Source: Callorhinchus milii (lineage: Eukaryota). From it: DNA of 64,000 nt. Location: NCBI RefSeq assembly GCF_018977255.1, contig NW_024704742.1:84198001-84262000 (forward strand). The letters are read 5' to 3'. Both the position numbers and the translations under genes were made by a program. Positions within the stretch are counted from its first letter, which is position 1. Each line of letters starts with the position of its first letter. Positions 49,931 to 60,812 of the stretch are shown piece by piece. The notes beneath the pieces are model-generated. The model worked only from the letters and a program-made list of their open reading frames with translations, made no database searches and was not told where the DNA came from.

Positions 49931-50587
49931 CTCTTTTTGATGGTCCAGAGCAAGGCAGCATGACTGAATTTTAGTACTCAGCATGTTGTTACAAAGTACC
50001 TAACAAGCTATGTATAAAGTCTGAGCAACTAAAAATTAAATAGCAACGGGTTGAATACGTAGGATCACAGTTGTTCACCCAGCCATCAATGAAGTACAGT
50101 ACGGAGTATTGCCACTGCAACTTGATACTGCAATCCCTTATGTTGTCAGCAACATCCTGTTCTGGCACTTATGAAATTTATCACACGACATACAAAAATG
50201 TGCAGAAGATGTCTGCTGGCTTAAGCATCCAACTCCCCTGTTTACTTCTATTGATACATTATTTATATCACTGCAGTCAGGCCTGGATAACAGCAAGCCA
50301 ACAATAACATCACAGCATCCAAGGTTGAGAGTGAGAGACCAGATCGGGAAGCTTGTCTTATCAAAAGTGATCCTCCACATTCTCATTTGGACATTTTATT
50401 TCAAGTCTGCTCTGATTTTTTTTCTGATTTTAATCAAAAAATATTTCACAAACTAGCTGTTTATAGGACTTTGATTTATAGTTATGTCCTGTGTCCACTC
50501 CACTGATTCACAGGCACAGGCAAAGCGACAGTGGCATAAGCGGTCAGCAATCTTGTGGTACAGTGTACAAAGTTTAAAAGATCTTAC

Positions 50588-50594
50588 CTCCATT
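50588..50594 (-). CDS. MUSK: MuSK 7-nt microexon AATGGAG (phase 1-2), Ig3-CRD linker E-W-R
   Basis: Minus strand reads ctgctccttccccgtag|AATGGAG|gtaaga. It is needed to reconcile the phase-1 donor at 56402 with the phase-2 acceptor at 42961. Confidence 0.88.
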
Positions 50595-51769
50595 CTACGG
50601 GGAAGGAGCAGAATCCATTTGGAGACCGGACAGAGAGATTTAGAAAGAAGACAAAACAAGAAGAGAGTTAGGTGATTTTCTTCCATCTGTATAAAAAAAA
50701 CTACTGATATTTGGTATGTGTGTGTCTGAGGGGAGAAACACACTACTGGACCATAAAATTCATCCTAGTTTTTAACCTGTATTTATGATTGCGCATAATT
50801 GTAGAAAATTCCTTAATTTGTTCTGTTGCAAATGTATAAATGAAAATAAAATTAAACTTTAATTAAATTGCCTTATTAAAGATAAATCCCCCTGGCCACC
50901 CCTGCCCTCCCCCCACCCCGCCCCCCAAATCTCTTAAACATATAAGGAGCATGTTGCTGACATGTGTGGAGAGGTGGCAGGAGATGAATAAATGTATGGA
51001 ACAGACGAACAGGCTCCCTAGGGAGAAGGAAAAAGTAGAAGTGTGAATTCTTTCAAATGCAAATTATTTATTTTTAATTTATTTTAGGAAACAATATTTT
51101 GGGATACAGTACATGAGAAGTTCAGCACATGACATGTGACTGCCAGGATGGTGGAAGGCAAACTGGATGGACCTTGGTCATTTTTCATCTAGCATTTCCT
51201 ATGTTCCAGTGAGGTTTGCAGTATTGAGCTGTGCAGAAGAATGAAGTTAATATCAAATGGCACTTTGAATATCACAGCTGAACGTGGTTTGCCAGTGTAT
51301 CAGAAAATGTTACACCCATCCCAAAGCAAACCAGCCACTGCAATTGCACTGAAATGCTGAGAGATGAACAAAGCAGTGACCAGAGCAGCTCTGGATTCAG
51401 TATCACTACTGGTCTGATTTACAACAGGCACAACATATCCTCACAAGCCCTCCTTCTTTAGCTTTCTTTTATCTCTTTCCCCTCCACTCGCCAGACTTCT
51501 CAGTGCATCTGCTGCCCATTTGGAATCGGGCAACTGGAAAGCAAACCTGCATGCGTCTGATACCATTTCATGAATCAGTTTGTACAGTCAGCATTTTATT
51601 GTGTGTCTGCACAACAGACTTTAGCATACTGGCTGAAGTCTATGCAGACACACTGGTCAACACACCATTCCCAGCAACTGCTACTGTATAGGTATGGTGG
51701 AAAGCACATTATGCCTGGAAAGTTGTGACCACTGTAGTACTAGGACAGTGTGATCCAACGTGTGTGTTA

Positions 51770-52042
51770 AACAGTGCTTGTGAGTGTGCGAGAATATTCA
51801 TATGTAAGAGAGAGAACTTGTTGGCACATCTAGGAGGGAATGTGAGTGTGTGAGAATGCGTGTGTACGTGTGAGAGAACATGTGTGTGAGAACGTGTCTA
51901 TAGGAGAGATTGTGTCTTAGCTTGTGTGAGAGAACACGTGTATATGTGTGAAATTTTGTATGTGTGAGAAAGAATGTATATGTGTGAGAAAATGTGTGTG
52001 TGAGAATGTATATGTGAGAAAGTGTATGTGTGAGAGAATGTG
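51770..52042. repeat. Degenerate (TG)n-GAGAA minisatellite
   Basis: Repeated tgtgtgtgagagaa-like units. Confidence 0.8.
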
Positions 52043-52519
52043 CTCGTCTCCTGGATTACAAAGATGCTTCCTGCAATTTAATGGTACGGGAAAAAATGCA
52101 GTGAAGTGTCACAGCAGCTCTCCTGGCCGAGGCTGCATACTAAATTTAGGAAAGGAACAAACCCCACTTGTGGTTGCCTGTCTTTCAAGCCCACACCTGC
52201 TGACCAGAGCTGACAGCTGCCTTAGAGATGCGTTTCATCACGTGGGCTCAGGACAAACCTGTGAAAGATGGAGTTTCTGCTGAGCAATGCTCGCACATCC
52301 ACAGAGATGAGACCCTGTAGAAAAGAATCCCCTAGTATCAGATGTCCCATCACATGAGCAAACATATGGCTAGAATCTCCTAAATCCCTTCCCTGTTTCT
52401 GATATCCAGTCAAAGCTTTGTCATTTGAAAATCAATTGTTGCATAGGTTTCATTAAACTTTTCTCATCCAAGTGACAATTATTCCCCTTGAGCTGGCTCT
52501 GCAACCCCAATCCCTCCAT

Positions 52520-52752
52520 CTCATCATCAGTGGTCAACCTTCAGGCTTTGTGCTCCTATCCTCTGGAATTCCCTCCCTCAACACCTCGGTTGCCCCCCCA
52601 CTCTGCTTCAAAAGCCATCTAATATCTTAATCACTGTGCCTTCGGTCATCTCCCTGTCCCACTTCAGCAGCCCTCCTCGGTTTCTGGTACTGTCTGTAAA
52701 GCGTACTGAGATGTTACTCTTTGTGATGCTATATAAATGCAAGTTGTTGTTG
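52520..52752 (+). mobile_element. Decayed L2 3' fragment
   Basis: ctctggaattccctccc segment and gctatataaatgcaagttgttgttg tail. Confidence 0.65.
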
Positions 52753-53851
52753 CACAAGTTTAGACTGTGAGTCTCATTTGACTATGCAGGACTTCACTGC
52801 CGAGTCTGATCCATTCTTTACCTGACATTCTCAGATACAAACCTTCCAGCAGGGGACTGCAATACATTCTGACCAGAAGAGGTAACTGGTTAATGTCTGC
52901 CTTTCCAGAAAGGTATAGACTTACATATTCTGTGTAGCATGGAAACAAACCATTCAATCCAACCAGTTCATGTTTATCCTCCACATGAATCTCCTTCCTC
53001 TGATACCCTTTGATTCCCTTCTCTCTCAAGCGTATATCTAGCTTCCTCTTAAATGCATAAATGGGCTTTGAGGCCAAAGGCAGTGTCCCACCTGCTGTCC
53101 TGGCTCAAATCAACTAACTCTCAGCAGGGACTGGGAAGAAAGCCATTGCCAATCTGGTCTGCAAAGCACTCCAAGGCATTGTTGTACAGGCTAGTGCCAG
53201 TCCTTTCACCCACTGGGCCTCGAGGGAGGCTGTTGGCTTTAACTGGACTCTGGACGTTGTCTTGACTGTTCCAGGTCACTTCACAGTAGGAAAAGGAACA
53301 AATGTCTGGCCCGCAGACATTACATGTATCAGTAGACCAGTGGGCCGGTCCCAGTGGTAAGTGGACCAGTTTATTATTACAGGAATGTGGGACTGGATCT
53401 TGGCGCTGCTGATGTCAGGTCTCTATTGCCTTGTAACAGTAAAGGAATGCCACGGAAGTCAATCCAGATACCACAAAAGGGTTACTTTCCTGGCCAGCCG
53501 GGTGTCTGACACACACAGAAACACAACCCAACAATTCGTCAAGTGCTGCACATAGCAAAGTATTACAGAAATAGAATAAATCTAGTCCCAGGTAAAATCT
53601 TTCCCCAATCTGTTGCTTAGCTAACACTGGCATCATTAAGAAATGGTACAGAAATGTCAGGAAAAACATGTTTTTAAAACTAACCTTAATGACAATGTTT
53701 CAGAAAGTACAACCCCTTGACTTAAAGGGAACATTCTTTTCTTAGAAATGGGGCCCCCGAGACTTTCATTCCCAGTGAGTGGAGTGGTGAGGCAATTAAT
53801 TTACCACTTAAAAATAAACCATTAAAATTCATTTTAAACTGGTATCTGACA

Positions 53852-54223
53852 ATAATAATAATCCTTGCATTTGATATAGTGCCTTATCACATTGTTGAGA
53901 CATCTCAAAGCGCTTCACAGAATATAATATAAAGTGGATTAACTGTATATTTTGTGGGCGAACTGCAGCAGCCAATTGTGCACAACAGTGTTCCACAAAC
54001 AAACAGTCATGGATTGAATAATTGATTTTTTGTGGGGGGAGGGATTATTACCCCTGGAAAGCGATCCGCCAATCGACTAACAACTGGGTCTTTACTTACT
54101 GATAGGTAAACAGAGGAGTTCGGAATAAGGAAACTTGCCTAAGGTTTCAACCTGCCCAGGAATCAAACCCAGGTCTTCTCGTTTGTGATATGAGCATGCT
54201 AACCACTCCGCTACAGGACTCCA
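53852..54223 (-). mobile_element. tRNA-derived Deu-type SINE family A, full length (long form)
   Basis: ggagtcctgtagcggagtggttag head through to the gcaaggattattattatt tail. Confidence 0.88.
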
Positions 54224-56401
54224 TGAGAATCCAGTGAGGTGATCTTTCCTGACCCCTCGGTCACAAGGTCCTGCTGGAACTCTGCTCCGATACTGATCTG
54301 TACCGATCTGCCACCGGGTGTCTGTAACCTCCTTTGGCTGAAATCCAGAGTCATGTAAGTTGAAGGTGACTGGCTACTGACTGGAGGTCATTCTCTTAAG
54401 TTGGTCTGAGGCCCATTATAGGTACCTGCAGTGTTCGCTTTTTGTAAACTTTGCATTTTACAGCACAAGGTTGGTAAACTCTTCCCTGCTTGCGGGAAGG
54501 CCCTTTTCTACAGGAAAGAGCACTGCAAACTATACTTGAAAGCAATTTAAAAATAACATCACAGATTAAGGATTTGGACAATGTTCACCAGCCCACATGT
54601 GCCTCAGTCAGTGTCACGTCTGGTGTAGAAGGACAGAGCTAGAATCATTCTGATAAATCATCATTGCATTGACCTGGAAGTGACTGAAGCTGGAGACGTT
54701 GTGTGCACACATGGTGCAGTGATTCAAGCCATTCTGGTGCTGATTTGGCCCAGTCTGTTGACTCTTATGAGTATCCAATGTTTCTTTCTAATTCTGGCCA
54801 ATGGAGATTCAGTGCTATCCTTAACCTGCCACAATGGGCTTAAACCACAGCCTCTAGAAAGACTTCCAACACTCCTCCAGTAGGAGAATTCTATTGCAGG
54901 CACTGTCCCTCAACAAAAATGATGAATTAAAGGCAATTAGTCTGAAGTGGTGCCAGTTATGAAGTAAGCTTCATGGTGCAGCCAATGAAATGGAAAGTGA
55001 CCAGCCAAACTCATTCTACTTAGGATCCTTGACAGCTGTTAAACTTTATTCCAGTTTCCCTTCCAGGAAGCTGAACAGCCGTACTCCATCCTCCTTCCCT
55101 TTATTACTTTAGCATGTTGTACTCTTGGCCTCCACAGGGCTCTCCATGCTGTGTGCTGAGAAAGGAACGAGTGTTTGGTGGCCCAAAACGTCCCTGTTGC
55201 TAAGACTAGCGATCTGTTCATTGCTTGTTTATGAGGAGACATCAAACCATGAGATAAAAAAAACAGTTTGTGAGGTGACCAGGCCATCAGACATTCCTCT
55301 CCTGGACATGCCTCAGTTGATGACTGTCGCCTTTTGAACTTGCCACCATGTGAATACCAGCATTTCAGTCCCTGTTCGATGAATATCATCTTAACTAAAC
55401 TTTAAAAAGTGTCGCCTGATGACTCGTTCAATGACCATTCCAAGTGCCTTTGAGTACAGCCATTTAAACAAACTTGGCTGATGGACAGAGTGGGTTGGGG
55501 TCAATGATTGGGACATTGGCAGGAATATAATGTCCCACAATGTGATCATTATCACATCACATACTACTTTGTGTAATGAAATCGTTGGTACTTTTCAAGG
55601 GATTGGTGTTTGATAGACCCTGATATATTCGTAGGCCTCTACTGGTATTTCTGTTCAGAGGAGCTGTGAAAGAGAAACTTAAAGTGACTCATCCAGGTCT
55701 CCACTCAGTCTCCAGGATCTGAACCTGGAATTCCTGTGTTACTGAAACATTCCATAGCACAGAATATTGAAGTATAAATGTGCCAGGCATTTTCTTGCAT
55801 TTAATATATTGTCTATAACATCAAAATATCTCAGTAAAGTGTAGTGAATGTATTTATAATAATCCTTGCATTTGATACATCACATTATCACTTCTCAAAG
55901 TGCTCTCCAGAAATTATTATAAAGTGTGGAGACTGGATTTTGTAATAATAATAATCCTTGCATTTGATATAGTGTCATATCATGTCGTTGAGACATCTCA
56001 AAGAGCTTGTAGGCAAATGCGGCAGCCAATTTGCACACAGCAATTGCACACAAATAGCCTTGAAGTGAGTAACCTATTTTATGTGGGGGATAGTTGGACA
56101 GGACACTGGGAGAAACTCCCTTCCCTTTTCAAATAGTAGCAAAGGCACTTTAGAGGTGAACGCGACAGCCAATTTGTGCACAAAAATATCCCACCAACAA
56201 CCTTTGAAATGAATGATCTGCAAGTAATGCGAATGATTCATTCAACAAAATTAAGGTCATTAACCTGTGTACTTTATAAACAAGTGAAGACATTTGCCAA
56301 ATACTTTCATTCATGAAGACTTTCCTCTTTAAACAATGAATGGTAGTGGGGGTGATTGTCTTAAAATAAAAGGGAAGATGAACAGTGTGGCTGAGACCTA
56401 C

Positions 56402-56561
56402 CTGAGATGCTAAGCATTGCAGTGGCTTTTGCTGTAGATGTTCCGTCACGATGTTTGTTGCTTGTTAGGCAAGTGAACAGTGCAGGTCTGGTAACATAGA
56501 TGCGAAGTCTGGATTCTGTTACCTCTCTCTTAATACTGTTCTGTATTGATACCTGAGGCAC
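56402..56561 (-). CDS. MUSK: MuSK exon, Ig-like domain 3 second half (160 nt, phase 0-1)
   Basis: tctctctag acceptor and TCAG|gtaggt donor. Encodes VPQVSIQNSIKREVTESRLRIYVTRPALFTCLTSNKHRDGTSTAKATAMLSIS(E), recognisably MuSK Ig3. Confidence 0.92.
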
Positions 56562-57864
56562 CTAGAGAGAATCAAAGGCAAACTGGTTTTACACCACAAA
56601 CTTTGTGCTAAAGGCACAATGGATTCTGAGGTTGAAATTGAGAAGTTTTTGTAGTACCGAACACTGGAAACGGTCCCACAGTCAATTGAACCTGGGATGT
56701 TTCTCTGGCCCCAGGACCTTCACATTACTACAGTTTGTGGTGACCTAGTCACCAGTCAACACAAGAGGGTCATGATCTCTGAAGCAAAAAAATGATCAGA
56801 TGATTTAGACTCGACTACATGAGTAGAGAGTGATAAATATGCTGAATGGATTGCCTCAAGAGGGCAACGGTCGTTACAATTTGAAGTGGGAATAAGACAA
56901 ATATATAATGTTGGCAGAGATTGGGGGAAGGGAGAAGTATGAGAGGCAGTGAACAATGGTAAAATAAAAAAAAAGATTTTCTGTAATGGTCCTTTCCAAT
57001 GTTACACATATCTTTGTGCTGTCCTGATCTCCCTGATACACATATATCTTCTATCCTGGGTGATGTTGCAACTCTCCAGAAGATAACAATATTACTAATA
57101 TTAATATTCAGGTACTGTATATTAATATTATTTGCAGATCAAGGACACAGATTCTATAACATAAATTTGTCTCAAAACGCTTCACAGAGTTTTCTGTCAA
57201 GTGTAATGTCTGTATTTATAAATGGATGTGGCAGACAATTTGCACAGTATTGTCCCAATAATAGCCATGAAATGAATGACCAATTTTATCTGAGGGATTG
57301 TCGGCCTTAACGCTGGAGAAACTCCCTTTTCTTTTCAAATTTTGGCATGGGATCTTAACATCCACTTCAACAGGTTAGATGATGCCTTGGCTTATTTTCT
57401 CATCCAAAGAAAGACACTTCCAACAATACAGCACTCCCCCAGCACTGCAGTGAAGTGTTAGCCAAGACTATGAGTCAAAGTGCTATTCTCCTTGGGAAGG
57501 TGAGGGGGTGTGGGGCTGGAGGAGAGGAAAGTCAGCAGTGGGGCTGAGCTGGCTCCAAGATGACATGTCCAGCAATGGAATGTCGGAATTGAGCCAGTCC
57601 TCTGTGGTGGAATAGAAGTGGGTTCCCAAACTTTAAGGTATTCCAGGTTTAGGTAAGCAGGATGCACACTCCATTCCAGACAAATGGGAAATTTCCACAA
57701 TTAGTGGCATACCTATGTGGAACTTTCAGTCTGGTTGGATACTCTTAAGCACGATGATGTATTTCTGCACATGTCACACTCCCGGCAGACGAACACAAAA
57801 AATGAGTTCAAGTATCTATTGATGGAACATTCTTGTAATTGAAACACGATGAAAATGTACTCAC

Positions 57865-57989
57865 TGTTTTTCCATTCTCCAGCCACTTTATAGTGGGAAT
57901 AGGAAAACCAGTGGCTTTGCAATGAAGAATCACCTCGGTACCAAAACTGACATTGTACGAGATTGGAGCCTTCACGATCCTGGCAGGGA
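57865..57989 (-). CDS. MUSK: MuSK exon, Ig-like domain 3 first half (125 nt, phase 1-0); first coding exon visible in the window
   Basis: ttcttgcag acceptor and ACA|gtgagt donor. Encodes (V)[41 protein letters not shown] with the Ig C-x-A-x-G-x-P-x-P-x-I-x-W motif. Confidence 0.93.
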
Positions 57990-58116
57990 CTGCAAGAAAC
58001 AATGGGAATATAACACGGCATGGAAGTTCAATCTGTACAATCTGCAGTTCCACTAATAATCTTCCTTCCTTCTTACGCTTCAGACTACAGTGGTTATCTT
58101 ATTTCCCATCCACCAT

Positions 58117-58206
58117 TTTCTTTCTTTCTTTCTTTTTCTCTCTTTTTCTCTTTTTCTCTCTTTCTTTCTCTCTCTCATTTTCTTTCTTTCTTTCTTTCTT
58201 TCTTTT
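58117..58206. repeat. (TTTC)n/(TC)n pyrimidine microsatellite
   Basis: About 90-nt almost pure C/T tract. Confidence 0.9.
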
Positions 58207-58859
58207 GGGCACAGACTCATGCTGGGATAGTGTTTGATCCTTTGATACTTCACTGAAGGGATCATTCTTAATGTATAATCCTGGACAGCACGCGCCTGTG
58301 GACTGTTTGATCTTCGGGGCCACAGTGACTGGACCTGATCCTGTCTCGTCCAATGTTAAACATGCACTTTCCCATGTATGTAACCGAATAGCGAGTAGAA
58401 GTGGGAATATTGATAAAGTTTCCCTTGCCCTAATTTTACTCTTCCTGCTGCTGTCTTGGGTGAGATCAGCTACATCAGCACCGACTGGGAAGTGAACTTG
58501 CTTGGCTCAGTTTCACTCTTGGCAGTAGCTTTAGTTTCTGAGCTATGGGGGAGGGGGGCTGTTGGAATACTTAGCTTTATAGGGGTGAAGAATAGTGCAC
58601 GGTTTATAACAGATTCAATGTGATAATTAGAACATTAGAACAGTTATGAACCATTGGATTTTCACCCCAAGGTTTATAGTTTTTGTTTAAAAAAAATGCT
58701 GACCATAGGGAGATGTTATTGTTCTGTTGATGAATGGCATTCATTGTTCAGAATTGGATAGTGCAGTGGTCGAAAACTGCCTTACAGCTACGTCGAGGGC
58801 CACATGGGTGCAAACTGTAAGCACAATACACCTGGCTTCTGGCACTGACTAACTGGCAG

Positions 58860-59075
58860 CGATTGCCTGCATCCGACCGTACTTTACCACAGACGCAGCC
58901 GAAACATTTGTCCATGTATTTGTCACCTCCCGACTCGACTTTTCAAATGCCTTCTTTGCCGGTCTCCCCAGCTCCACCATGCACAGGATCCAGCTGATAC
59001 CAAAGCCCCGCTGCTCGCATACTCTCCCACACTAAACTCCGTACTCCCATCCCACTAGTTCTCGCCAAGCTCCAA
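58860..59075 (+). mobile_element. L2 ORF2 fragment
   Basis: AAETFVHVFVTSRLDFSNA-like translation. Confidence 0.7.
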
Positions 59076-59294
59076 TATTTGTTTAGACAGTTTCCTGATC
59101 TGTGGTGCTGAGACACCACTTTTAGCTCTAAAAGTAGAGTTTTAATCTTGGGAATATTTCAGATTGTACCATTGTGCTGAGCCTGTGGGAGGGAGACGTA
59201 AATTGTTCCCTTTCGGAACAATGTGGCCAATGGCAGCTGAGGAAAGTAAAAGCAGCAAAGTACTCCACAACCAGTCCCTGACCAGTATTGCCTT

Positions 59295-59932
59295 CTCCAC
59301 CTCCGCCATATTGCCCGCCTCTGATCGTACCTTTCCCAGACGAAGCCGAAACACTCATCCATGTGTTCATTACCTCCCGCCCTTGACTATTCAAATGCCC
59401 TCCTCACCAGTCTCCCCAGCTCCACCATGCACAAGATCCAGCTGATCCCAAACTCTGCTGTCCACATACTCATCCGTACTAAACTCCATACCCCTATCAC
59501 ATCGGTTATAACCAGGCTCCACTCCCTATTACCTAACGGAATGATTTCATGAGCCTCACACTCGTTTTTAAATCCCTTCATGCCCTTGCACCTCCTCACC
59601 TCTCCAACCTGCTTAATCCCCAACCCAATATCCACTGCCTCCGCTCGACTGGCTCCAGCCTCCTCCATGTCTCTCATGTCCTCTATTCCACCATTGATGG
59701 CCGTGCTTTCAGCCACTACGCCCCGAAAATCTGGAACCCTCTTCCTCTATCCCTCCGCCTTGCCCCTTCCTTCTCCATCTTCAGGTTGCGCCTGAAGACC
59801 TTCCTCTTCGACCATGTCTATGGTCACCTCCCCCTCCCCCTGGCTCAGCATCGTGCTCCGCCACTGTCAAGTGCTCTGGGATGCTACCCTGCGTGAGGGG
59901 CGCTATATAAATACAGGTTGTTCTTGTCGTTT
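59295..59932 (+). mobile_element. L2 LINE 3' fragment
   Basis: LDYSNALL...LVFKSLHALAP...GRAFSHYAPKIWNPLP, plus the tail. Confidence 0.88.
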
Positions 59933-60164
59933 GCTTCTGGCGCGACAAAATGCGCAAACTTCTGGATCATCAGGTCAGCGTTGATTTGTTTCCTGTGCAC
60001 TGTGCACATGGAGAAATACTAACATTATTCCCTGCGGGTGTGCACACTAGATGCAGAGAACGCAACCAGATGCAATAACAGCAGCGACCTGATAACCTGG
60101 ACATTGGACATTGTTTTAAAGGTTCACGGTTGTTGAGATACTGGACCATACAATCATGCCATAA

Positions 60165-60812
60165 TGCAACAACAACAACGGGGATTTATATAGCGCCCTC
60201 CACGCCAGACGGAGTCTCAGAGTGCTTCACAATAACAGATCCCAGGGCCGAGCCATGGGGAGGGGGAGGAAGGTGACCAAAGGTGTGGTCGAAAAGAAAG
60301 GTCTTCAGCAGGGACCTGAAAATAGGAAGAAAGGGGGCGAGGCGAAGGGAGTGAGGAAGGGAATTCCAGAGCTTCGGGGCATAATGGCTGGATGCATGGT
60401 CACTGAGGGTGGAGCAGGGGACTTGGGGGACGAGGAAGAGACCAGACCTGGAGGAATTAAGGTAACGGGTACTGTTTTGAGGAGAGAGGAGGTCAGAGTG
60501 GTAAGGTTGTGCAGAGGAGTGGAGGGATTTGAATACAAGGGTGAGGATCTTGAAGTCAATCCTCTCTGGGATAAGCAGCCAGTGCAGTCTGGCAAGGACT
60601 GGGGTGATCGGGGAGCAGGACCAAGGACTGGGGTGCGGGTGAGAATGCAGGCGGTAGAGTTTTGAATGATCTGGATTTTATGGATGGTAGTGGATGGGAG
60701 ACCGGCGAGGAGGGCATTAGAGTAGTCTAGCCGAGAGGTGACAAAGGCATGGACTAGGGTTTCAGTGGCTTTTGGAGAGGTATTGGCAGAGATGGGCGAT
60801 GCATCGGAGAGA
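60165..60812 (-). mobile_element. L2 LINE 3' fragment
   Basis: [23 protein letters not shown]...IQNSTACILT and (CAA)n tail at 60167-60179. Confidence 0.9.

Noticed and set aside
57953..58353. Phe/Ser-rich and Lys/Arg-rich ORFs
   Set aside because: Translation of the (TTTC)n microsatellite.
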